A stretch of DNA of 64,000 bases from Squalus acanthias (Eukaryota): assembly GCA_030390025.1 (NCBI GenBank), contig CM059432.1, positions 51,276,001 to 51,340,000 of the forward strand. Reading direction: 5' to 3'. Shown one piece after another: positions 27,144 to 39,116 of the stretch. The position numbers were made by a program, and so were the translations under genes. Below the pieces are notes generated by a model. It saw only the letters and a program-made list of their open reading frames with translations. It ran no database searches and had not been told where the DNA came from. Position 1 is the stretch's first letter. Each line of letters begins with the position of its first letter.

Positions 27144-29598
27144 CATAGATACATAGATACATAGAAGATAGGAGCAGGAGTAGGCCATCCGGCCCTTCGA
27201 GCCTGCTCCGCCATTTAATGAGATCATGGCTGATCCTCCAATTCAGTATCCCGTCCCCGCCTTCTCTCCGTAACCCTTAACCCCTTTTGCCTGTAGAAAT
27301 ATATCTAATTCCCTCTTAAATATATTTAATGAGCTGGCGTACACTGCCCTCTGTGGCAATGAGTTCCACAGGTTCACCACCCTCTGAGTGAAGAAATTCC
27401 CCCTCATTTCTGTCCTAAATGGTTTAGCCCTTATCCTTAAATTATGTCCTCCAGTTCTGTTCTCACCCGCCAAGGGAAACATTCCTTCTGCATCTAGTCT
27501 GTCTAGACCTGTCAGAATTTTATACACTTCTATGAGGTCCCCTCTCAATCTTCTAAACTCCAGTGTGTACATCCCTAAACTACATAGTCTCTCCTCATAG
27601 GTCAATCCCGCCATTCCTGGTATCAGCCTGGTGAATCGCCGCTGCACCCCCTCCATGGCAAGAACATCTTTCCTCAGATGAGGCGACCAAAACTGTACAC
27701 AGTACTCGAGGTGTGGTCTCACCAGTGCCCTGTACAGCTGCAGCAAGGTATCCCTGTTCCTGTATTCCAACCCTTTTGCTATGAAGGCCAGCATACCGTT
27801 TGCCTTCTTGACCGCCTGTTGCACCTGCATGCTCGCCTTCAGTGACTGGTGTACAAGAACACCCAGGTCTCTCTGTACTTCCCCCTCTCCCAATTTATTG
27901 CCATTTAAATAATAATTTGCCCTCCCGTTCCTGCACCCAAGGTGGATAACTTCGCACTTGTCCACATTATAGTGCATCTGCCATTTATCCGCCCAATCAC
28001 CCAGTCTGTCCAAATCGCTCTGGAGCTTCCTGGTCTCCTCCTCTGAGCCCACCCCCCCTCCTAGTTTAGTGTCGTCTGCAAATTTGGAAATGCTGCATCC
28101 GACTCCCTGATCCAGGTCATTAATGTAAATTGTGAACAGCTGGGGACCCAGGACAGATCCCTGTGGTACCCCACTTGTTACTGCCTGCCATTCAGAAAAT
28201 GAGCCGTTTATTCCAACTCTCTGTTTTCTATCTGACAGCCAGTTCTCTATCCACGTCAATACTTTCCCCTTTATCCCATGAGCTTCAATTTTCCATGCTA
28301 ATCTTTTATGTGGGACCTTGTCGAAGGCCTTTTGGAAGTCCAGGTACACCACATCTACTGGCTCTCCCCCATCTATTTTACCAGTTACTCCCTCAAAAAA
28401 TTCCAATAGATTAGTCAAGCACGATTTACCCTTTGTAAATCCATGTTGACTCTGTCCTATCCTGTCCCCATTTGCTAAGTGCTCCGCTATTTCATCCTTA
28501 ATGATGGACTCCAGCATTTTGCCCACAACTGATGTAAGGCTTACAGGTCTGTAATTACCTGCTTTTTCCCTACCCCCCTTTTTGAATAGTGGGGTAACGT
28601 TAGCTACCCTCCAATCCATGGGCACTGTTCCCGAGTCTAATGAATTCTGAAAAATCATACTTAGTGCATCCGCTATCTCTAGGGCCACCTCCTTCAGTAC
28701 CCTAAGATGCATGTTATCAGGCCCTGGGGATTTGTCCGCCTTCAATCCCTTTAGCTTCCTTAACACCATATCCTTAGAGATATTGATTTGCGTCAGTTCC
28801 TCCTTTGCCCATGTCCCTATTTTTCCCGATATCCCAGGGAGGTTTTTTGTGTCTTCCTTCGTAAAGACTGACCCAAAGTATGCATTTAGTTGGTCTGCCA
28901 TTTCCTTATTTCCCGTTATATATTCCCCCGTATCTGACTGCAATGGACCAACTTTGGTTTTCACCAGTCTTTTCCTCTTGATATACTTATAAAAGCTTTT
29001 GGAGTTAGTTTTTATATTTTCCGTCAGCTTGCTTTCGTAAGCTATTTTGCCCCTCTTGATTAAGCCCTTTGTCCTCCTTTGCTCTATCTTAAACCGTTCC
29101 CAATCTTCCGCTCTGGCGCTTTTTTTGGCTATTTTATACGCCCTATCTTTGGATTTTATGCTGTCTCTAATTTCCCGTGTTATCCACGGTTGAGTCACCT
29201 TTTTAGATTTCCTTTTATGCCAGATTGGTATAAACAATTTTTGCAATTTTGTCATTCTATCTTTAAATGCTTGCCATTGTTTATCTACCTCCAGTCCTCC
29301 CAGGAACGTTGTCCAATCAGACCTACTCAGTTCCCGTCTAATGGCATCATAATTCCCCTTGTTTAAATTCAGGACCTTAGTCTCTGAGTCAATTTCTTCG
29401 CTCTCCATTTCGAGTGAGAAATCGATCATGTTATGATCGCTCTGACCCAAGGGTCCCCGTACAACAAGATTACTAATTAGTCCCTTCTCATTGCACAGTA
29501 CCCAGTCCAATATAGCCTGTTCCCGAGTTGGTTCCTCGACATATTGATCCAGATAACCATCCCTTAAACACTCAAGGAATTTCTCCTCCTCATTATTT
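27144..29598 (-). mobile_element. Young CR1 LINE, 5'-truncated
   Basis: Uninterrupted ORF2 and a 3' (TATGTATC)n tail at about 27144-27165. Confidence 0.9.
27243..29598 (-). CDS. CR1 ORF2 (end of the APE domain plus complete RT), open but lacking its own N-terminus
   Basis: Motifs SDH, NYRPVSLTS, YLDFQKAFDKVPH, GVPQGSVLGP, FADD and LVRPHLEYC, with no stops in about 785 codons. Confidence 0.8.
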
Positions 29599-31494
29599 TT
29601 ACCTAGCACAAAGGAAGATGGTTGTGGTGGTTGGAGCTCAATCATCACAGCCCCAGGACATTGCTGCAGGAGTTCCTCAGGGTAGTGTCCTAGGACCAAC
29701 CATCTTCAACTGCTTCATCAATGACCTTCCCTCCAACATAAGGTCAGAAATGGGGATGTTCACTGAAGACTGCAGTGTCAGTGCCATTCACAACTCCTCA
29801 GATAATGAAGCAGTCCATGTCCGCATGCAACAAGACCTGGACGACGTTCGGGCTTGGGCTGATAAGTGGCAGATAACATTCATTCCACACATTCATTCCA
29901 GGCAATGACTATCTCCAACAAGCGAGAGTCTAACCACCGGCCCTTGACATTCAACGGCATTACCATCGCCAAATTCCCCACCATCAACATCCTGGGGGTC
30001 ACCATTGACCAGAAACTTAACTGGACCAGCCACATAAATACTGTGGCAACAAGAGCAGGTCAGAGGCTAGGTATCCTGCGGTGTTCTGCAGTCCGCTTGA
30101 TTGGCACTCCATCCACCACCTTAAATATTCACTCCCTCCACCACCAGCATACTGTGGCTGCAGTGTGTACCATCTACAAGATGCACTGCAGCAACTCGCC
30201 AAGGCTTCTTCGGCAGCACCTCTCAAACCCGCGACCTCTTCCACCTAGAAGGACAAGGGCAGCAGGCACATGGGAACACCACCACCTCCAAGTTCCCCTC
30301 CAAGTCATACACCATCCTGATTTGGAAGTATATCGCTGTTCCTTCATCGTTGCTTGGCCAAAATCCTGGAACTCCCTCCTTAACAGCACTGTGGGAGTGC
30401 CTTCACCACACGGACTGCAGTGGTTCAAGAAGGCGGCTTACCACCACCTTCTCAAGGGCAATTAGGGATGGGCAATAAATGCTGGCCTTGCCAGCGCCAC
30501 CCACATCCCATGAACAATAAAATAAAATCTACCGCATTCCCTTTATCCAATAGGTAATTTCTTCAAAAATTCTACTAAGTTTGTCAAACAGAACTTGCCT
30601 TTAACATAAAATTGCCTCATACAGCGCATGAGGTAAATTTTCAGCTTCAGCACTTACCAGAATGGGAAATTTGGGTGCCCATCTCCCATGATTTTCCGTC
30701 CATTAATTTATTTCCATGGCAGTGGGACCACTTTGCATGCACAGCACACTGGTAGCATGGTGACCTGATCTTGCCTCAGTTGGTGAAGTCAAGCCATTAA
30801 AATTAAATACAATCCAGATTGACGATCCAATACACATTGGCCCAGGCACTAAGGGCTGCTGAGAAAATTTAAGGGATATTGTCATTTCAAGGTAAGTAGC
30901 CACAAAGGGGAGCAAAACTTCTTCCATTCAATTAGATCACGGCTGATCTGTATTTTAACTCCATCTGCATGCCTTGGTTGGGAAAAATTCAGTTGGTTGC
31001 GCCTCCCATTAGCGCCTTAAGAGGGCGCTAATGGGGCGCAAAGCAACTAGCGCCCGGGCGCAGCGATGTTTGCACCGCTCGCGAAATTAACTAGACATTT
31101 TGCGGCGGCGCTAAACTTTACCGCCGCGATCTCCTGCACACGCAAATCTTGACGTCATACGAGGGTGCAATGCCCTTGTGGCGCCCCGGAGCGGAAATTG
31201 AGTGGCGCCCCCATCCTTTCTGCCTGGCACAACCAACGACTGGAAGATTGGAACGCTCCCCAGTCGCTGTGGGGCTGGGGGGGCGCTATTTAAAGGGGGC
31301 CTCTTCCTGTCTTTCTCTGTGGTAGACATTTTTGCACCACTCGTTCTGAGAGAGAGAGAGAGAGAGATTCGGAGAGAGAGAAAGAGAGACTTCTGCATTG
31401 AATCAACGCTGTGTGAGGTAGTTTTGGCTACTGATCATAACTTTGCAGGTACTTTGGTTTTTGACCTTCATAACTTTGATTGCCAAGAGACTAG

Positions 31495-32652
31495 GGGGGC
31501 TGCACTGATTGGGGGCGTCGTCCTGCGCCACCAGAATCGGAGGACACAGAGACGCAGAGAGTGGCAATCATGGCCAGACGGAGGAGGGCCAACAGGCCTC
31601 TGTACAGGAGACCTTACCCTCCCATGGTATATCGCCAACAATTCACATATATTAATATGTCTGAGGAGCAGTGTTTGCGAAGGCTGTGCTTCAGCAAGGA
31701 GGTGGTCACTAAGCTCTGCCACCTGCTGCAGCCAGATCTGCAGCCTCAACTGAGGTCCAGGACGTCTCTGTCGGTGGCAGTGAAGATCACAGTGGCTCTG
31801 AACTTTTATGCCACTGGCTCATTTCAATCAGCTACTGGGGACATCGCCAATATCTCCCAGTTCGCGGTGCATTGCTGCATCCGTCAGGTCACAAATGCCC
31901 TCTTTAAAAGGAGACGAGAGTGCATCTCTTTCCCTATGACCCCAGACAAGCAGCAAGAACGCGCAATAGGCTTTGCTAGGATAGCGGGCTTCCCCATGGT
32001 GTAGGGCGCCATTGACTGCACGCATGTGGCTTTGCGTGCTCCGCATGAGAATGCCGAGGATTTCCGCAACAGAAAGGGGTTCCATTCCTTAAACGTTCAG
32101 TTGGTCTGTGACCACAGACAGCTGATACTCGCTGTCAATGCCCACTATCCTGGCAGCTGCCACGATGCATTCATCCTGCGCCAGACTACTGTGGCAGAAC
32201 TTTTCCAGGCACCGCATTAACCAGTTGGTTGGCTTCTCGGGGACAAGGGATATCTACTGAGCACCTGGCTGATGACACTGCTCCGTACGCCCAACACCCC
32301 TGCTGAGCTGCGGTACAACGAGAGCCATCAAGCTACCAGGAACATCGTTGAGCACACAATCGGCGTGCTCAAGCAACGGTTCCGCTGTCTGGACCATTCT
32401 GGAGAAGCCCTGCAGTACTCGCCTGAGCGAGTTTCCCACTTCGTAGTTGTGTGCTGCATGCTGCATAACCTGGCAATCCTCAGGACCCAGCCAATGCCAC
32501 CAGGCCTTGGAGCACCACCAGAGGAGGAGGAGGAAGAGGAGGAGGAAGAAGAGGAGGAGGATGATCATCAGCAGCACCAAGGCGGGAGGGAGGCCCACAA
32601 TGTAGAAACTGGAAGGGCCGTCCGTCAACGGCTGATAACAAGCCGCTTCTAG
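31495..32652 (+). pseudogene. Harbinger DDE transposase with two in-frame stops (TAG 32002, TAA 32218)
   Basis: ORFs 31561, 32026 and 32272 share one frame. Motifs GAIDCTH, NRKGFHS, YPGSCHD, GDKGY and [19 protein letters not shown], plus a poly-E tail. The N-terminus is frameshifted. Confidence 0.9.
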
Positions 32653-32963
32653 GCCCCTGCTGAGGAAATGGCTTCTGCCATTGAGAACAACATGAATGAA
32701 ACCAACCCGCAACCCCTAAGCCGGCTAAGGCAGCAATGATTCCAAAGACCAAACATGTACATTTTGAGTACAAAAACTTATTTATTTTACAAACTCTGTG
32801 TGTGTCATTTCCTCATGACAAACTAATAGAAAGAAACACAAAAAAACAGTCATTAACATAACTGGTTCTCACAACCCGGAGATAATGTCCAAAACACTAA
32901 ACAAAAGTTTGACCACGAACCTCGGCCTTTAATAAAAAAATGACCAACATTTTGTCACACCTC

Positions 32964-34837
32964 CTACTTTTTGCCCTTCGAGGGTGATCTCCTTCCCTTG
33001 CGCACTTCCCCCCTTCCCACCGTACTGCTCCTCCGTAATGGGACCCCAGTGGCTGCAGCAAGGCTGGTGGAAGGCTGCTGATTGTCAGAATCTGAGACTG
33101 CAGATGCCCTTGAAGGACAGCCTCGACCAGCTCTGGGCCTGGAGGGCCCGGCTGCAGACTGCACCAACTCTGCATTGGCGGCAGCAGTCTGTCCTACAGG
33201 CGGTGGCAAGTGCAGTGGAGAAGTGACAGTGGTGGCAGCAGGAATGCTGTCATCTTGAGAGAGGACAGCAACTCCCTGCTCGACCGACACACTGGCACTC
33301 CCATGGGGCAGCACTTCAGCATCCGGAGCAATCTGCTCGAGCACAGATTGCTGGCCTGCTGCGGTGCGGTGAGAGCCATGGGGAAATGTGTCCGAACCAG
33401 CGAGGATGGCAGCAGTCAGTGCTCGCGTGGCCTCAATCTGAGTCTGCATGAGAGCAGTCAGAGATGGGGTCATGGCAGCCATTGACTGAATTGCAGCACT
33501 ACACATTTGCGTGGCATCCGCCTGTGCTACAGCGAAGTGCTCCACACTCCATGCCAGTGATTCAATGCATTCGGGCACCCTTCCCACTGCACCCATGAGC
33601 TCAGTGTGCATGTCCACCGCCTGGGTGTTCATTTCAGCGATGAGCCGCTCCTCCTCTGCGTCCAGTGCAGTAGGACTCGCTGGCATACTCTCCCTCCGGG
33701 GAGAAGGCCCCCGAGCTTCCCTACCCCCATGGCGTTGCTGCAGCCCGCTGGGTCCTGGAGCTTTACCCTCATCAGACCCTTCCCCCCTGCTCCCCTCCAG
33801 GGAAGGCGTGTTCCCAGTGTCGGCATGGGCTTCCTCGGGAGAGGGTGGCGCTGATGCTCCGCTTTCATCTTCCTCCTCGGCTGCAGCTTCACTCCCACTG
33901 GCAGCTTGAGGGCCTGTCTCCTCAGCTGGTGAATCACCATCTGAAAGCAGGGAGGTACAAGAGTGGCTTTAGCGTGAGGACAGGGGGGCAGTAAGGGAGG
34001 AATGAGTGCAGCGATTTAGTAAATTGGATTGAAAGTGTCAAAGGCTGGTGTTGTGAGGGACAAGTGGAAGGACAGAGGACAAAAAGGTGATGGCCTTACC
34101 ATTGCTGTCCAGAACGGGGTCGGCGTCTCCAGTGGCGACGGGACCGATCACCCGGCTTGCCACAATCCTGTGGACGCGCGCCTCAAGAGCGCTGAGGGGT
34201 TGCAGCTGAGGCCGCCCTCCACCTGTCCGTTGCTGCTGTCTCCTATTATGAGATAGCTTGGCCTGCAAGAAAAAGGACGGCGTCTGAGTAAATATACAGC
34301 CATGGTCTTGCCTGATGTGCCTCCCAAAGGTGAATACCCCTTACTGTATGCAGCCATGGTCTTGCCTGATGTGCCTCCCATAGGTGAATACCCCTTACTG
34401 TATGCAGCCATGGTCTTGCCTGATGTGCCTCCCACAGGTGAATAGCCCTTACTGTATGCAAAGTGTGGAATGTGCGTGTGTGTTTCATGAGAGGGCCATA
34501 GGTGTTGGATGAGTGTTGGGCATTGGGGTTTTAAGACCCTCTGGCCATCGAGTGAGGTTGAGATGTAGGGATGGAGAGGTATTGAAAAAAAGCCACTCAC
34601 CCTGACGACCCGAGTGAGGTCGTTGAACATTTTTCGACACTGTATATGGGTCCTGGGCACCATGCTCCTGGAGGAGACGCTCTGAGCCACCTCCCTCCAC
34701 ACACTTCTGTACTCGCGCGGCAAAGGCCTCCTGCCACTCTCAGGGAAGAGTATAGATATTCTGCGCTCCACCGCGCCAACCAGAGCATCCAAGGCCCGCT
34801 TGCTGAAGCGCTGAGCTCGTTCTCTCACCCTCTCCAT
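32964..34837 (-). CDS. Harbinger Myb/SANT-like protein; exons 34837-34601, 34262-34100 and 33940-32964; 458 aa, apparently intact
   Basis: GT-AG introns (AGG|gtgagt, ttgcag|GCC, AATG|gtaagg, tttcag|AT). Exons of 237+163+977 nt give 459 codons with no internal stop. Myb motif W...RTHIQCRKMFNDL. Confidence 0.8.
34297..34458. repeat. Three tandem 54-bp repeats in Myb intron 1
   Basis: CAGCCATGGTCTTGCCTGATGTGCCTCCCANAGGTGAATANCCCTTACTGTATG x3. Confidence 0.9.
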
Positions 34838-35198
34838 AGTCCTTGGCTGGAAGATTTAGGCACAGGTCTCTCCAGGCCGAGATTCAAGACTCCAATGAGC
34901 AGGGTGTGGCTGGAGTGCAAGATCGACCCTCCCCTTTAAGAACTGTCCGGCGCCAGTGTATCTGTGTTCCATCGCTAACTGACAGCACCTGTGCTGCGCC
35001 CGCGCTCTGAGTTAGCGCCTCGCTCCTCGGCCTTTGCGCCTTAAGACAGGTGTGAAGCGCCTGATTTAGCGCTCCAATCACCTCCAGGGGCGATAAAAGT
35101 CAAGTTTGCAGTCGGAGGCGATAATTAGCGCCAGGCGCTAATCTTTGCGCCCGGCCGATAATTGCGCCCCAAATGGGTCGATACTGAATTTCTCCCCC

Positions 35199-35700
35199 TA
35201 TATCCCTTAATATCCTTGCCTAATAAAAATCTATCAATCTCAGTTTTGAAATTTTTAATTGACCTAGCCTCAACAGCTTTTTGGGGGAGAGAGTTCCAGA
35301 TTTCCACTACCCTTTGTGTGAAGAAGTGCTGCCTGGCATCACCCCTGAACAACCTCATTCTAAGTTTAAGGTTATATCGCCTTCTCCTGGACTCCCTCAC
35401 CAGAGGAAATAATTTCTCTCTGCCCTATCAAATCCTATAATCATCTGAAACAACTCAATTATATCACCCATTAATCTTCGATACTCGAGGGAATACAAGC
35501 CTAGTCTATGCAACCTGTGCTCATAATTTAACCCTTTTAGTCCCGTTATCATTCTGGTGAATCTGTGCTGCCCCCTCTCCGAGGCCAATATATCCTTCTT
35601 GTGGTGCGGTGCCCAGAACTGAATGCAGTACTCTAAATGTGGTCTAACTAGAGCTTCATACAAATGTAGGATAACTTCCACCTTTTTTTATTCCAACCTC
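35199..35700 (-). mobile_element. CR1 3' fragment (host of Harbinger copy 3)
   Basis: LYEALVRPHLEYCIQFWAPH and FFTQRVVEIWNSLPQ motifs. Confidence 0.85.
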
Positions 35701-36015
35701 CTTGAAATGGTGGGCACAGCAACGGCAGGAACAGGGCTGTAAGTTCTTCCTCACCATTTTCAGAGTACCACCAACCGTTTCCGCCTGGCGGGAGGCCTGA
35801 AAATCTCCCCCATGCAGTTTTGAGATGCACTGTTGATACTGGGTCATTAATTATGGAGAAGAGCAGTCTCCTGTTTTAAACTAGTGGAATAAAATCACAT
35901 TTAAAATGGATGAAGTGTCATACAGAATGAAAATCAATTCTCCAGTAATTCCATTGGCCCAACCTTATTCCTGATCTCGGGACAGATTGTAAATGTTAAG
36001 AGTACAAAAGATGTA

Positions 36016-36725
36016 GGCCCAGAATTAGTTTGTGCCAGCAGGCCACTGTGTACTGGGTTCAGGGAACGATCACTGCAAACTTGGGCCTCATTTACATCAG
36101 ACCAGCAAGCTGGCGACACCTGCTGGCGTCTCCAGGTGGCTCACCGGTGAAGAACATTTGAATTTGGGGACTCTGCGCTGCCGGTAGGCCACGCAGGCCT
36201 TGGAAGAATAGGGGGTGGAGCGATTGGCAGAGGTGGGCGATTGGCATGGAGGCGACCAGCAGATGGGTCGAGGCGGCAATCAGGAGATGGATCAAGGTGG
36301 TGATCAAGAAGGGAGGCGAGTGGTGGCCATCACTCCTATACCTCCCAGCCCCACGTTCAGGTAAGTAATTTTTACAAAATTATCTTGTTAGTTGCGGTCT
36401 ACAGCAGTCCCTTTAAGAAGCATTGGTTAGGCCACATGTAGACCTGGTTTTCCTGAATGCAGCTGGCCTGGCACTGGCCGCTTGCAGGGCAAACCAATTT
36501 GGTAAAGGAGGTATTAAACAGGTGTTGGGCCTTTTATCTGCATATTCAAGTAAGAGGTCTAACGCCTATTTCAGGAATGGGCTCTGGATGCCTCTTTTGA
36601 TACCTGTACCAATATGGCGAGAGGTGCATTTCTGGCGTGGAATGCGTGCACTGCCCAGACATTGAACAGTTTGGCACCTGTTTTACGCCCTTAAAACGAT
36701 TGCAGCATCATTGAATTTCTGGATC
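36016..36725. mobile_element. Non-autonomous Harbinger-type element
   Basis: Ends GGCCCAGAATT and AATTTCTGGATC, with GTA on both flanks. Confidence 0.65.
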
Positions 36726-37879
36726 GTAATATCTTAAATTGTTACAAATTATAATGGATTAAGAGTTAAGCCTCGAAGAAGAGTAGTCTCAGACAATGAG
36801 GTGTTAAGTGCAATCTTTTACATTGTAATCTGCTAACTGTGTCTAGTAGTATAATTGGTAGTGGTGGATGGCATGTCAAGTGCCATTATCTTGGCCATGC
36901 ATCATCCATGGCCTATTAATATTGTTTCTGTAACGTAGCTTAAGGTTCCCTTTGCTGTGGAATTAATTCCATTTATGGTGCCAAAGAGAATCCTCAGTGC
37001 CACAACAATGGAAAGATATTGGGCAAAAATTGGGTTGCGCCCGCTTTGGGGTGCTACTTTTAGCGCCCCAAAATAGTTAGCACCCCCGCGCCCGAAATTC
37101 GATGGTAGCTCCCCAGGCAGGAGGCAGGGCACAACTGGAAGCGCTCCCCTCCCTCTTGGGGCAATCCAGCCCAATATCGCAATGCTACAAGCCGTGGTAC
37201 TGCAGGCCTTCCTCCCCTTATTAAAGGGGAGGGGCCTTGCGCAGCGCGAACCGGGACCCAGCCATACCCTCTATTGGCAGAGGCGGTAAAAAATGGCAGA
37301 AGAGTCAATACAGAGTTGCCCACCTGCTGGAGATGACAGGACGTGCTCAAAAACCTGTTTGACCTTCAGAAAGTACAAAGTTGAGTACTAACCATTAGTA
37401 GGGCGATTTTGAACTTTCATCGAAAACAGGCACACACAAAATGGCTGCAGCAAAAGGCCCGATCAATTTCCGCGATCGGGCTTAATTTTCATACTATCAG
37501 TGAGTTTTGCGCTTTTTGAGAAGCTCGCCAATTGGAGAGGGATGAAAATCCACCAGCTCCAGTGAGGAGCCCAGCCAATGTAGGCAGGTGAAAGTGAAGA
37601 GCTGATCCTGCCATTGTTAACATAATAAATGTCTGAAAACACTTCAAGAAAGGAGTTAACTGGATACCGAGTAGGAGAAAATTAGGGATTGAAGGTAGGT
37701 TGTGAGGAGGCTTTTGAAGATGGAGTGACAAGGTTGAGGGAGAAAGTTCCAGATGGTGGAGTGGAGAGCGGGCTAGTGTTGAAAGGGCAGATGGAGCAAC
37801 TTAGACTTAGAACTGCTGGAGGTAGGAATTTCTCCCAAGTTCGCACCTGGGCTGGTAACTCCCTGCTGAGCTTTTTCTG

Positions 37880-38606
37880 CAACTTTACTTGTGGCCATCC
37901 AGTGCCATCCTTGCCCTTTGACCACATGTTCAGGCTGAACCAGTCCGTGTGGAATCTTGACATCCCCTTTGACCCTGAGCTAATTGTCAATCCATACATC
38001 ATATCCATCACCACAACCACTTGATTCCAGCTCTAAAACATTGCCCAACTGTGCCTCTATCCCTAGACTTGATTTTTCCAATCTACCCATTGTCAACCTC
38101 CCATCCTCTTTCTTCCATAAACTATAATTTGTTCAAAGCGCAGCTACTGGTATCTTGTCCCACACTTAGTCCTACTTGCCCATAATGTTCATCCTTGCTG
38201 ATTTCTTGTCTGCCAATGCATGAATATTCATTCTAATTTTCAAACCCCTCCATGACTTCCATCCATCTTACTTCTGCAATCTCATCCAGTCTTACATTCC
38301 CTGCTGTACTCTCTAGTCATCCAACTCTGGCCTTTTGTGCACCTTCGCTCTCTTCATCCCACCAAGGGGTGGAGTCCTCATGCTCTAGAACTCTCTCCCT
38401 AAACCCCAACTCTTCTCCACTCTCTCCCAACCTTTAGAAACCTCCTCAAAACCCATTTTGTTGATCAAGCTTTCAGTCACCTCTCCTAACTCTCCCAAAT
38501 TAGCTCAGTGTTCATTCTTTTATTCCTTTTATCTATAATTTCCCCCCCCTCTGTGAAGGACATTGACCCATTTTTAGGTTAAATGTGCTATATAAATGCA
38601 AGTTGT
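37880..38606 (+). mobile_element. Old L2-like LINE 3' fragment
   Basis: RLNQSVWNLDIPFDPEL resembles the L2 VRNLGVxFDPEL motif; tail GTGCTATATAAATGCAAGTTG. Confidence 0.65.
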
Positions 38607-39116
38607 CTTCTCAAGACACTAATACCTTGGATGTGTAGTTAGTAAATAATATTGTGCCACCCATGATATCAAAAGGACTATGCTGCAGTCTTACATTGTC
38701 AAGGTAACTTTCAATTAGTCTCCAAAGTTTTAACTACAGACAGTGAGTACAACACAGGACATTGCTGTTGCAGATACAGGTTTCTCTGGGTTACTGCCAC
38801 AAAATTCCAAGAAACTCACAAGGAGACCTCACAGCTAGACACCATGGGGGAAAAATTTGTCTCCAGCGCCCCTGGAGGTGATTGGAGCGCTAAATCAAGC
38901 ACTACACACTTCTCTTAGGGCGCTAACGCCGGGGAACGGGACGCACCCTCAGAGTGCTACTGAAGCTCAGGCGATGTCAATTACCTTATACTCAGACAGA
39001 CTGGCGCCTTCCAGTTCTTAAAGGGGAGGGTCAGTCATGCTGCACAGCCTCACCCTGCTCATTGCTGCATTTGACCTGGGCCTGCAAAGAGGTGCAAATC
39101 TTCAACAACGATTATC

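Larger units (their letters stand above)
26811..30526 (+). mobile_element. CR1-supergroup LINE (same family as 10470-12997), split by a younger CR1
   Basis: NPANYRPISLLSIISKVME...ALDITAAFDRVWH (26811-27140), then GVPQGSVLGP (29600 onward). 3' tail CCCACATCCCATGAACAATAAAA; ATCTA repeated at both flanks. Confidence 0.85.
30980..35198. mobile_element. PIF/Harbinger transposon copy 3 (best preserved), inserted in a CR1 3' UTR
   Basis: TIRs GGGAAAAATTCAGT and ACTGAATTTCTCCCCC; convergent transposase (+) and Myb gene (-). Flanks 30925-30979 and 35199 onward join into one CR1. Confidence 0.9.

Noticed and set aside
27243..29699. 818-aa ORF as a complete gene starting at 29699
   Set aside because: The first ~33 aa are the antisense strand of the host LINE fused by chance. 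The CR1 is 5'-truncated and lacks most of its endonuclease.
31495..32652. Domesticated host HARBI1 gene, or programmed readthrough of its two stops
   Set aside because: It lies within TIRs with several paralogues. The stops are explicable as C-to-T changes in Gln codons, and other copies have CAG at the first site.
34297..34458. CRISPR-like array
   Set aside because: Head-to-tail repeats without spacers, in a eukaryotic intron, with no cas genes.
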